A stretch of 64,000 nucleotides of DNA from contig OY820905.2 in NCBI GenBank assembly GCA_963555755.3, forward strand, positions 416,001-480,000, written 5' to 3'. A program made the position numbers and the translations under genes. Shown piece after piece: positions 10,378-20,113 of the stretch. Positions within the stretch are counted from its first letter, which is position 1; the number at the start of each line of letters is the position of its first letter. This DNA is from Nitrospirales bacterium. GTDB lineage: Bacteria > Nitrospirota > Nitrospiria > Nitrospirales > UBA8639. The notes under the pieces were generated by a model that was given only the letters and a program-made list of their open reading frames with translations, did not search any database and was not told where the DNA came from.

Positions 10378-13300
10378 GGCCCCGATTATGCCATGGGTGG
10401 AGCCGTTAGTCCAGAAAAAAATCAGGCTATAGAAAATTGACCTGAGTAGTTACAAAAGCGTATAGTATTTCGTTGTAGCTAAGGGTGACAGTGCTGGCCC
10501 CCTTCACCCTACCCTTCACTTCGATGTGGCGGGGTTCTGGCTGGAGGCCACCTGCTGAAGGCGGGTAAGACGTAAGATCCCATCCGCATTTGTCGGCAGA
10601 AACATCGACCACACGGCATCCTCTGGCTTCCTCAGCCCGGCGGACTGCATTCATGGCAATCCGCTCAATGCGGGCACGGGCAGCGGCGTCAGCAGCAAAG
10701 GTCGCGGCAACCGGATCGACAGGCTCATCACCGCGACGTGTGCGCATCAGGCCAGCGGGAACGACGAGAGCTCCACCCAGCACGACCGGAGTGCTATTGA
10801 CCATATGGCGCATACTCTGGAGCTCCTTCTTGCGATTCTCAAGTCGCCCTTGAAGGTCAGTGATGGTACGCTGGATGTTTCCCAAGTTGAGGCGCACATC
10901 TTTACCTGCTTCCCTATCCTCTCTGAGTTTCAGCCATCTATCTTGCCAGAAGGCAATTTCCTTGGTGAGGCGTTCGTGCACCGCGTTCAAAGTCTTCTCG
11001 ACATGAGCAATCCTACGGCCTCCCACTTCGTTGTAGTGCCCTGGCACCAGGGTGGCGGCCGCGAGCGTGACAGCGCGGGCCTCCTGGTTAGCAGTAATCC
11101 ACGGTGCCGTGAGTACATCCTGCAGAAGTGGACGTTCTGATTCCGACAACGGTTCGAGATCAAGGTGCGGAGCCCACCCAGCGAAAGTGGCTTGGCCGTC
11201 AGGAGCCACATGGATAAATTGCATGCGTTTGGAAAGAACCATTCCATCACCTGACTTGATCTCGTGAGTGAGGAGGAAAAGCAACCACGGTTCCACCCCC
11301 TCATCCGTCGGATCGACGAGAATCGCACCCTGGCGCAAGAGATTGGCATGTTGTTCGAGAATCAAATCGGACATCGAGAGCATCAGTGGGTGGCCTGGGT
11401 GCATGAGAATAGCACGGGTAAGCCCGGGTTTGTCGAGTGGCTGAATGGTCTCTCGCTCAAAGGACACGCGGTCGTAGCGTTTGAGCACTGGTTCATATTC
11501 CCGACGGTTGCGGCCAGTGATGCGCCGATCCCGCTCGCGGATGGCAACGGGAACGTGAGCAATTTCAAAACGACCGGATTCGCGTGAATGGGCTGCGCCG
11601 CCAAGGGAGGTAAAGGCTTGGAGGAAAAAGGAGCGTACAAAATAGGGTTGAAGACGCCGCGCTTCCGCTTTTTCCATCTCTTCCTTCACGGCGAAGAGGC
11701 GATCCTGGCTCATCGTTTCCTGAGCGAGCGCATTGCGGTTCAGTAGCGATTTCAGATGGTCGTGGTCGAGGACATCATCGATCTTTTTCGTCAGGCGAGA
11801 ACGCACTTCAGGTTGGTCCCCATACCGGATAGCTTCCATGAGAAGGTCCTTGAGGCTTGTTTCCTCGAATATCTCACCGAGGATGTCAAAGACCCGGCCC
11901 TGGAGGGCTTCGCTTTCAACTTCGAGCTTCTGGAGAAGACGGTGATACACATCGCCCTCACGCGTTTCTTTCGCCACGAGATTCCACAGGTGGCACACTT
12001 CATTCTGGCCAATCCGATGGATCCGGCCGAACCGCTGTTCCAGGCGGTTTGGGTTCCAAGGGAGGTCGTAATTGACCATGAGGTTGGCGTTCTGAAGATT
12101 TACTCCCTCGCCAGCGGCATCGTTAGCGATCAGCACGCGCACGTCAGGGTCTGATCGAAAGAGCGCCTGGAGACGGCGGCGTTCGTCGCGGTGTGTCCCC
12201 CCGTGGATGGTAATGATCGCCTCCTGGTTGCCGAGCACGCCAGCAATCTTGTCATGGAGATAGTTAAGCGTCGCGCGATGCTCGGAGAAGATAATAATTT
12301 GGCGCTGTCGGCCGGAAGCATCGCGCATTTCGGGATTGTTTTGAATAATCTTTGAGAGCTCCTCCCATTTGCGATCCTGCCCTGAGGCAACAACGGCTTT
12401 CGCCTGGTATTCGAGCTCTTCGAGAATATGGATTTCCACTTCGAGTTCAGCAACGGTTTGAGCTGCGGTTGCTTGGTCGATCAGGCTCTCTTCGAGATTT
12501 CCCTGTTCATCGGCATTGAGATCGTCGTCATCTTCAGGCACTTCTTCAAGTGTTTCAACGATGGCACGACGGCCTCGTATACCTAGTTTTTCGTCACGGA
12601 GGCGTTTCTCCAGACGGTCTTTGCGGTTTTTCAACGACTGATAAATGGCTTCAGGACTTGAGGCAAGGCGTCGCTGCAGTGCAGTCAGTGCAAAACCAAC
12701 TGTGCTCTTGCGTGACCCTTGAAGCTCGTCGGCCTTTCCCATTTGGGTCTGCACGTAATGGGTGACAGACTCATAGAGCGCAGCTTCAATGTCTGAGAGA
12801 TTGTAGTTGACGGTGTACGCCTTGCGTTCCGGGAAAAGGGGCCTTCCATCAAACTTGACCATTTCCTCTTTCACCATACGGCGCATGAGATCGGAGGCGT
12901 CCACCTTGTGAACGCCATCACGGAATTTGCCATAAAAACGATCAGAGTCTAGCAATGACAGAAAAAGCTGGTAGTCCTCTTCTTTCCCGTTATGCGGCGT
13001 CGCTGTCATGAGGAGCAAATGGCGTGTATGCGATCCAAGCTTTTCGGCAAAGCGGAAGCGGGCGGTCTTTTGGAGCTTCAATCCGTAATAATGGGCTGAG
13101 AGCTTGTGAGCTTCATCGAAGACAACGAGATCCCATCCGGGAGCACAGAGTTTCTCCTGAAGCTCCTCATTGCGGGACAACTGGTCGAGCCGGACGATTA
13201 ACTGATGTTTGTCCTCGAATGGATTGCCGCTGGGTGAAGCCTGTTCCAGAAGGGGGGAATAGATTTGAAACTCCAGACCAAACTTCTCGAACATTTCATC

Positions 13301-13953
13301 CCGCCACTGCTCCACCAAGCTGCCGGGCGCAACAATGAGGATGCGGCGGGCGTCCGCACGCATGATGAGTTCCCGAGTGTAAAGCCCCGCCATGATCGTT
13401 TTACCCGCGCCAGGATCGTCGGCCAGCAAAAAGCGGAGTGGTTGTCGCGGCAGTAACGATTCATAGACAGCTGTGATTTGGTGCGGTAGTGGATCGACGT
13501 TCGAGGTATGCACGGCCATCATCGGATCGAACAGGAAGGCCAGGTCGATGCGCTTGGCCTCGCAGGTAAGCTGAAACGCAGAAGCATCACCATCAAAGGA
13601 GAAGGGGCGCTCCGTCGTGGCGACACTAATGGAAGACTCATCGGCCCGAACAAAGAGCCGCTCTTTCATGGCACCATCGGGTGTACGATAGATGACCTGC
13701 ACTGCACCATCGCCATGTGGCACAATCGCCACAACGGAAACAATTTGGGTTGGTTCAACCCCTGTGAGGCTAAGACCAGAAGTGAGTTCTTCCAGCTTCA
13801 TGCAGCAATCCCTCGAAGCCAATCGGGGCGGTACAATGCGTACACGCCATGCCGTCCCCGTACATACTCTCGAAAACTCTCTGGGTATCCTACAAACAAT
13901 CGACGAAACATGTTTTCCAAATATTAATTAGACTGGTGGGTTACATTGCTTGC

Positions 13954-14145
13954 TCATTTCCCCTTGGGCAAAATCCCCTTCTTCTCCATCTCCTTCAGAT
14001 ACTCTTCCATTAACTCAATGGCTAATCCTTTGACGGTCTTGCCTTGAATCGCCGCCGCCGCTTTCGCACGTCGCATTAAGACCCTAGGAATATCCCGAAA
14101 AATCCAGGTTCCAGGCTCTTCTATGGGTTCCTTATATCTCGGCAT
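13954..14145 (-). CDS. Small ribbon-helix-helix-like DNA-binding protein
   Basis: 63 aa; strand WIFRDIP then helices LMRRAKAAAAIQG and TVKGLAIELMEEYL. Confidence 0.65.
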   Translation of the reverse strand: MPRYKEPIEEPGTWIFRDIPRVLMRRAKAAAAIQGKTVKGLAIELMEEYLKEMEKKGILPKGK

Positions 14146-14188
14146 AGGCGGAAGCCTAGCACTATCTCAATGCCCATTCAACTATCTC

Positions 14189-14218
14189 TTGACATATAAC
14201 GCTATGTAGACATATACT
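14189..14218 (+). promoter_or_regulatory. Sigma70-like promoter overlapped by GACATATA direct repeats
   Basis: TTGACA (14189-14194), 18-nt spacer, TATACT (14213-14218); GACATATA at 14191 and 14209. Confidence 0.6.
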
Positions 14219-14246
14219 AATATCTTATGGAAAGGAGGTGAGAAGT

Positions 14247-14393
14247 ATGGCGATGGTGAAATTGTTAGTGCATTTGCCCAAACCGCTCAAAGCCAAACTC
14301 GATGACCTGAGACGGCAGGGCTACACGGCAAGCGGCTATATACGAGCGTTGTTAGAACGGGAACTTTCACACACGACAAACACGAAAGGATGA
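14247..14393 (+). CDS. 48-aa RHH-like protein (not in the ORF track)
   Basis: Strong RBS AAAGGAGGTG; MAMVKLLVHLPKPLKAKLDDLRRQGYTASGYIRALLERELSHTTNTKG. Confidence 0.7.
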   Translation: MAMVKLLVHLPKPLKAKLDDLRRQGYTASGYIRALLERELSHTTNTKG

Positions 14394-14400
14394 ATGAGGG

Positions 14401-15075
14401 ATGGATTCTGCACAGAAAAAGTCGTACCCCGCGCCTCGGCCATTGAAGAAAGTGCGACCTAACATCTTCACGTACCAGGGCAAGGAAGGGCACGACCAGT
14501 TTATGGTTCGATTGAAATACAACGAAAAGACAATTCGGAAATGGGGCTTTCCGAATATCACGAAAGCCCAGGCTTGGCGGAAACGTCGGCAAGCGGCCAT
14601 CGAAGAAGGCCGCTTGTTTCCTGAGGAGATTCAGAAGCAGGAAGCCCAGGCGAAAATCCAGCGCGTGACCTTTGGAGTCTATGCCGGTATTTGGATGAAT
14701 GATTGTCGGGCCAGAGGGCTGAAACACACCACGCTGATGCGGTATCAGGGCATGTTGGATGCGCACCTGCTGCCAGCGTTTCAGAAGGACGCGTTGACCG
14801 AGATTAACCGGATTAGAGGTCGGGAACTGGTGGCAGACTTGAATGAGCAAGGGCTGAAACCCAAAACTATTAAGAATGTCTTGGGGGGCCTGTCGGCTCT
14901 TTTTGCTCAGGCTATTGAAGATGAGATCGTCGATCACAATCCAGCAAGTCGGCCATCCAAACTCATTAAGGTCCCGAAACGTGCCGAGCATGTTCAGGTC
15001 TTTACCCACGAAGAAGAAATACATCTGCTTGAGACCGCCCACACGGAACCATTCCGACACTATTACCCCTTTATC
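14401..15075 (+). pseudogene. Tyrosine recombinase/integrase, N-terminal half, truncated by IS1595
   Basis: Arm-binding-like N-terminus and core-binding region (TTLMRYQGML...LKPKTIKNVL...HNPA); catalytic R-H-R-Y domain absent. Confidence 0.85.
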
Positions 15076-15913
15076 CCCTGCATACCGGCTTGACTCCAGT
15101 TGCCCCACTATGTAGTGTTTTGCGACATGGTGAGTTACCCCAAGGACATGGCCGATCTGATGACCCGTTTTTTTACTGAGGAGGCCTGTCGCACCCATAT
15201 TGAGAAGCTTCGATGGCCAGACGGGTATACCTGTGTGAAATGTGGGAATCAAAAGAGGTGGAAAACCAAGCGAGGGTTGTCGATGTGCTCCAGCTGTCAA
15301 TATCAGCAGTCACCCTTGGCCGGAACGATTTTTCAAGATTCTCGTATCCCGTTGCGCATTTGGTTTCAGGCAATCTGGTGGTTTACAAGCCAGAAAAATG
15401 GAGCGAGCGCTCAAACGTTGCAAAGGGTGTTGGGGATGAGCGGTCACGAGCCTGCGTGGCTCATGCTTCATAAATTACGGGTTGCGATGGGTCGCCCCTC
15501 CCGCAACCGTCTTGCCGGGCAAGTTGAAGTGGATGAAGCCTATTTGGGTGGAGAAGGAAACAAGCAACTTGTTGGCGTTGCCGTGGAAATCAAAGACAAA
15601 GGAAGTGGGCGAATGCGAAGGCAAACGCTTAAGGGCCGGACGAGCGCGGATGTCAAGAATTTCGTTCAGCAGCATGTTGAGCCTGGCAGTACGATTATAA
15701 CCGACGGACTCACAAGTTATTGCTGTCTGGCAGACGAAGGGTATGCGCACAAACCAATGCGAAAGTCCGATGTTGGGGGAAATCACGACCCAGACGCGGA
15801 CAACCTGTTGCCACGAGTCCACCGTGCCATTTCACTGGTGAAACGTTGGCTACTGGGCACATACCAGGGACGCCTTGATCATAAGTACCTCGACGCCTAC
15901 CTGAATGAATTTA

Positions 15914-16925
15914 GATGGTTCTACGGTTGACTCCGGTTAACCAGATCGCCAAGCGTTAGCGGCGCTTTATTCACTGAGATCCCGAGGAGGGTTTGAAACG
16001 CAGCCATCGGCGTCTTGCGCCGGTTGAAGCGGAAAACAAACTCGTCCAGATAGCTCTGGAGATACTTCGGCTCAACCCCGTGATGCGTGCCATTGAGCCA
16101 CGCCTTGAGGTTGCTGAAGACCCGGTGGATAGGGGGCGCAACTTTGTGCGCTCGCCCCGGTGTCCGAACAATTCGCACACGATGCTTGTATCCCACCAGC
16201 GCCGCATCGGAATACCCGCGCCAACCATCGGTTCGGAGTGTGGAGCCGGCCTGAATATTTTCTATCAAAAACCCACGAATGCTGCTCTCGCCTGCATCCT
16301 TTAGGAGCGAGAGACGCAACCGCCCTGCCCGTTCACATTGTTTTCCCTTCTTATCAGTATAGGGGAGAACCTCAACGGCACCGATCAGCAAACTCTTGTG
16401 CTTGGCTGCAGTTGAGCCTCGACCTTGCTTGCCTTTTGCTGGTCCGCCGATGATCGCCTCATCGGCCTCAATCAAGCCAGAGAGCTGGCTTCGGTTCTTG
16501 TTGACCATTCCTTGACGCAGCCGATGCAGCATATGCCAGGCTGTGGTGGCGCTCGATAGGCCAAGCTGTCGTGAGAGCTGGACGGCACTGATTCCTGGCG
16601 TATGGGTCGTAACGAGATAAGCAGCCCAGAACCACTCCTGGACGGGCACGTGGGAACGGTGCATGAGCGTGCCTGCCATAGGCGAAGTCTGACGACCACA
16701 CGTCCTACACTCGAAAACGTAACGCTTGGAGTTTAGCCAGGCCGACTTACCCGTGCACGTTGGACAAACAAACTCATCTGGCCAGCGACTCTGCACCAAA
16801 TATTCAAGGCAAGCCTGGCGTGAAGTGAAGCGTTGGCGGAATTCCCGCATGTCCTTCGGATACTGCGGACGACCCATACCTGCATAGTCGCAACTGTCTC
16901 AACCGGAGTCAACCGTAGAACCATC
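15914..16925 (-). mobile_element. IS1595-family element B, copy 1
   Basis: IRs GATGGTTCTACGGTTGACTCCGGTT; left flank TGAATTTA (15906-15913). Confidence 0.9.
15921..16877 (-). CDS. IS1595 transposase B
   Basis: CPTC/CRTC zinc ribbon, IEADEAIIGG, RTDGW, YLDEFVFRFNRR. Confidence 0.93.
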   Translation of the reverse strand: MGRPQYPKDMREFRQRFTSRQACLEYLVQSRWPDEFVCPTCTGKSAWLNSKRYVFECRTCGRQTSPMAGTLMHRSHVPVQEWFWAAYLVTTHTPGISAVQLSRQLGLSSATTAWHMLHRLRQGMVNKNRSQLSGLIEADEAIIGGPAKGKQGRGSTAAKHKSLLIGAVEVLPYTDKKGKQCERAGRLRLSLLKDAGESSIRGFLIENIQAGSTLRTDGWRGYSDAALVGYKHRVRIVRTPGRAHKVAPPIHRVFSNLKAWLNGTHHGVEPKYLQSYLDEFVFRFNRRKTPMAAFQTLLGISVNKAPLTLGDLVNRSQP

Positions 16926-17292
16926 TAAATTTATAAAAAGAGGCTTAGGATTCCTAATCACCCCCATTATTAATAAAAAGGAAGTGGGCGAATGCGAATG
17001 CAAACGCTTAAGGGCCGGACGAGCGCGGATGTCAAGAATTTCGTTCAGCAGCATGTTGAGCCTGGCAGTACGATTATAACCGACGGACTCACAAGTTATT
17101 GCTGTCTGGCAGACGAAGGGTATGCGCACAAACCAATGCGAAAGCCCGATGTTGGGGGAAATCACGACCCAGACGCGGACAACCTGTTGCCACGAGTCCA
17201 CCGTGCCATTTCACTGGTGAAACGTTGGCTACTGGGCACATACCAGGGACGCCTTGATCATAAGTACCTCGACGCCTACCTGAATGAATTTA

Positions 17293-18304
17293 GATGGTTC
17301 TACGGTTGACTCCGGTTAACCAGATCGCCAAGCGTTAGCGGCGCTTTATTCACTGAGATCCCGAGGAGGGTTTGAAACGCAGCCATCGGCGTCTTGCGCC
17401 GGTTGAAGCGGAAAACAAACTCGTCCAGATAGCTCTGGAGATACTTCGGCTCAACCCCGTGATGCGTGCCATTGAGCCACGCCTTGAGGTTGCTGAAGAC
17501 CCGGTGGATAGGGGGCGCAACTTTGTGCGCTCGCCCCGGTGTCCGAACAATTCGCACACGATGCTTGTATCCCACCAGCGCCGCATCGGAATACCCGCGC
17601 CAACCATCGGTTCGGAGTGTGGAGCCGGCCTGAATATTTTCTATCAAAAACCCACGAATGCTGATCTCGCCTGCATCCTTTAGGAGCGAGAGACGCAACC
17701 GCCCTGCCCGTTCACATTGTTTTCCCTTCTTATCAGTATAGGGGAGAACCTCAACGGCACCGATCAGCAAACTCTTGTGCTTGGCTGCAGTTGAGCCTCG
17801 ACCTTGCTTGCCTTTTGCTGGTCCGCCGATGATCGCCTCATCGGCCTCAATCAAGCCAGAGAGCTGGCTTCGGTTCTTGTTGACCATTCCTTGACGCAGC
17901 CGATGCAGCATATGCCAGGCTGTGGTGGCGCTCGATAGGCCAAGCTGTCGTGAGAGCTGGACGGCACTGATTCCTGGCGTATGGGTCGTAACGAGATAAG
18001 CAGCCCAGAACCACTCCTGGACGGGCACGTGGGAACGGTGCATGAGCGTGCCTGCCATAGGCGACGTCTGACGACCACACGTCCTACACTCGAAAACGTA
18101 ACGCTTGGAGTTTAGCCAGGCCGACTTACCCGTGCACGTTGGACAAACAAACTCATCTGGCCAGCGACTCTGCACCAAATATTCAAGGCAAGCCTGGCGT
18201 GAAGTGAAGCGTTGGCGGAATTCCCGCATGTCCTTCGGATACTGCGGACGACCCATACCTGCATAGTCGCAACTGTCTCAACCGGAGTCAACCGTAGAAC
18301 CATC
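17293..18304 (-). mobile_element. IS1595-family element B, copy 2
   Basis: Near-identical to copy 1 (offset 1379); 8-bp TSD TGAATTTA at 17285-17292 and 18305-18312. Confidence 0.9.
17300..18256 (-). CDS. IS1595 transposase B (copy 2)
   Basis: One amino-acid difference from 15921-16877 (ESS vs EIS). Confidence 0.9.
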   Translation of the reverse strand: MGRPQYPKDMREFRQRFTSRQACLEYLVQSRWPDEFVCPTCTGKSAWLNSKRYVFECRTCGRQTSPMAGTLMHRSHVPVQEWFWAAYLVTTHTPGISAVQLSRQLGLSSATTAWHMLHRLRQGMVNKNRSQLSGLIEADEAIIGGPAKGKQGRGSTAAKHKSLLIGAVEVLPYTDKKGKQCERAGRLRLSLLKDAGEISIRGFLIENIQAGSTLRTDGWRGYSDAALVGYKHRVRIVRTPGRAHKVAPPIHRVFSNLKAWLNGTHHGVEPKYLQSYLDEFVFRFNRRKTPMAAFQTLLGISVNKAPLTLGDLVNRSQP

Positions 18305-18490
18305 TGAATTTATCTTTCGATTCAATCGTTGGACCTCGCGCTCTCGGGGCCTCTTGTTTCATCGACTCCTGGAAAATGCTATCGCAGTCGACCCGGCTCC
18401 GCTCCAAAAAATTCAGAGGACCCACAAAATCTAGTAGCAACTGGAGTTAAGCCGGTATGCAGGGTAAGCCACGAGGCTCACAAAATGAAC

Positions 18491-18520
18491 CGAGCTCCGC
18501 ATCAGGTGATGCGGGGCTCG
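18491..18520 (-). terminator. Stem-loop downstream of the PEP-CTERM gene
   Basis: CGAGCTCCGCATC-AGGT-GATGCGGGGCTCG. Confidence 0.5.
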
Positions 18521-18560
18521 AGGATCATGAGATTCTACTAGGTGTGAGATGCGTGGTGAC

Positions 18561-19145
18561 TTACGCGGCTTTCTTGCGTTTCCAGGCCACTAACCCGACA
18601 AGGCCCGTGCCGAGAAGAATCATGGTGCTCGGTTCAGGCATGGAGTGGGTTCTTGAAGAACATGGACCAGACAATTCAGAAATAACCGTTGTGGCCGCAC
18701 CAAAGCCTCCATCATACGAGTTAGCACGGAATTCAAAAACATTTCCGCCCCCAACGATTATTGACTCCGATCCGCTTTGGCTTACCCCGCCAAGATTATC
18801 CGTCAATTGAAAAAAGGTCCCGTTGAGTAAATAGCCAAATGGGTCCCAAAAAGCCTCATCACCCCCATTAAACCCGGTATCAGTAGTGAAGAAATCCCAA
18901 TCGAACATGACCATACTATTGGCGAGAAGGACAATGGTGAAATCTTGGTTGAGGTTACTGACTCCATTATTATTACTCGTCATAGAGATGGAACCGGGGG
19001 CTCCACTGGTATCAATGACTCCATCCCCTGATGTAGTTGCTGTCCAGTTCACTGGAGCATAAACTCCGTCGAACAAGGCAAAGGCGGGGGTACTGAAGTA
19101 CAAGAGCCCACCTAAGATAAAGCTACATATGCGTACGGTCTTCAT
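18561..19145 (-). CDS. PEP-CTERM sorting-domain protein
   Basis: Signal peptide (..STPAFA); C-terminal MPEPSTMILLGTGLVGLVAWKRKKAA; AGGAGG RBS. Confidence 0.9.
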   Translation of the reverse strand: MKTVRICSFILGGLLYFSTPAFALFDGVYAPVNWTATTSGDGVIDTSGAPGSISMTSNNNGVSNLNQDFTIVLLANSMVMFDWDFFTTDTGFNGGDEAFWDPFGYLLNGTFFQLTDNLGGVSQSGSESIIVGGGNVFEFRANSYDGGFGAATTVISELSGPCSSRTHSMPEPSTMILLGTGLVGLVAWKRKKAA

Positions 19146-19209
19146 GTTTTTCCCTCCTAATGAGGCAAAGGGTTGTGTAAAAATTACGTGTTGTCTATCC
19201 GAACTATTC

Positions 19210-19225
19210 AGCAATTTGGATGCCA
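19210..19225 (-). promoter_or_regulatory. Sigma54 -24/-12 promoter for the PEP-CTERM gene
   Basis: TGGCAT-CCAAA-TTGCT on the minus strand, about 65 nt upstream of the ATG. Confidence 0.75.
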
Positions 19226-19766
19226 TGAAGACGCTGTTCGTCATTGGACGCAGTTGGTTTTTCTGTATTCCATCTCGTTCCTTTCAGTTCAGCTCAGTTC
19301 CGCCACGTTGGTCCTTTAGGACATGGCCTAGGCTGTGTATTGATTTCCACCAAACTTGTAAATTTTTTTGACACTTTGTTGAGCGAAATCGTTGTGTGTG
19401 GTCAATTTATCGTGTCCAATCAACATGTTAGCTCTGATTTCAATAGTGGAAAAATTTCCAACAGTGTTTCTGGAAGGTTGTTCTGGATTGCTTGTGAGCC
19501 CTTTCAAATCAACGAGTTGACAAGAATTTAACAGTGAAAAAAATCCTGACAGGGTAGGGCCAAGTTTTGAATTTGGGAATTAAGAGTAATGGTTGGTCTT
19601 GAATCTACGTCAAAGGACGTATACGGTCGTGGAGTGAATTTATGCGGGCTTTCGGCCCCGCGCGACGAGGTCCCTTCGACGAAATTCAGGACAGGCCTTT
19701 TGTTTCGGGAAAAAGATCCAACGCTATTGTTGCCCGTGCGCAGCTCTGTTGCAATGCAACGGTCCA

Positions 19767-19837
19767 GTCATTTCGAGCAGAGCGAGAAATCTCTTCGAAG
19801 GGGGAGGATTAGATTTCTCCCGCTGGTCGAAATGACA
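19767..19837. repeat. REP-like palindrome
   Basis: GTCATTTCGAGC..GAGAAATCT ... AGATTTCTC..GGTCGAAATGAC inverted repeat. Confidence 0.6.
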
Positions 19838-19941
19838 AACGGGAAGGTGGGATTCACGATAAAAGACAGCGGGAATGACCGTGGTGGATTGGAGGGGCGG
19901 TGGTGAATGAAGAAGCATGTTGTGTTTTTTGGAAAACATAA

Positions 19942-20082
19942 GGGCACCTCTACAAACCAGGCATTTTTTGTGAGGGCAAGGAAGCCGCGCGCGGAAAACC
20001 GGAGTGTATGGGCGAATACATGAGGATGTGAGCACGCGGCTGACGCCGCCCTCACGGAAAAGGACGTTTTTTGGAGGTGCCC
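19942..20082. repeat. MITE-like repeat family A, copy 1 (141 bp)
   Basis: Ends GGGCACCTC...GAGGTGCCC; near-identical to 31195-31335. Confidence 0.85.
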
Positions 20083-20113
20083 ATAAGAAAAATTACGAAA
20101 ATTGGAGTTGTCT

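Larger units (their letters stand above)
8041..10453 (-). mobile_element. IS66-family element carrying a DUF4338 gene and a transposase
   Basis: Terminal IRs GTAACTACTCAGGT (8041-8054 / 10440-10453); 8-bp TSD AAAAGCGT (8033-8040, 10454-10461). Confidence 0.95.
7868..13801 (-). pseudogene. SNF2-type helicase with C-terminal DUF3883 nuclease domain, interrupted by IS66 (8041-10453)
   Basis: [35 protein letters not shown]; frame resumes after the IS with 54 aa ([11 protein letters not shown]...LLARAERT*); GAGGGA RBS before ATG 13801. Confidence 0.9.
15127..18434 (+). pseudogene. IS1595 transposase A, interrupted at YLNEF|IFRFNR
   Basis: Zn ribbon, VEVDEAYLGG, ITDGL; C-terminus IFRFNRWTSRSRGLLFHRLLENA...* resumes at about 18312. 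Confidence 0.88.
15076..18464 (+). mobile_element. IS1595-family element A, containing nested element B and a duplication
   Basis: 28-bp IRs CCCTGCATACCGGCTT(G/A)ACTCCAGTTGC at 15076-15103 and 18437-18464; no flanking direct repeat seen. Confidence 0.85.

Noticed and set aside
2141..13801. Canonical BREX or DISARM system
   Set aside because: No PglZ, BrxA/B/L or DrmA/B-type (DUF1998) genes are visible; the composition fits a DUF499/DUF1156 module.
14401..15093. Integron integrase serving the attC at 26978
   Set aside because: It has an arm-binding-type N-terminus typical of phage/ICE integrases, lacks its catalytic domain, and lies 12 kb away beyond core genes.
14287..15300. 337-aa minus-strand ORF
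   Set aside because: Antisense shadow of the integrase and IS1595; it crosses the IS boundary and has no motifs.
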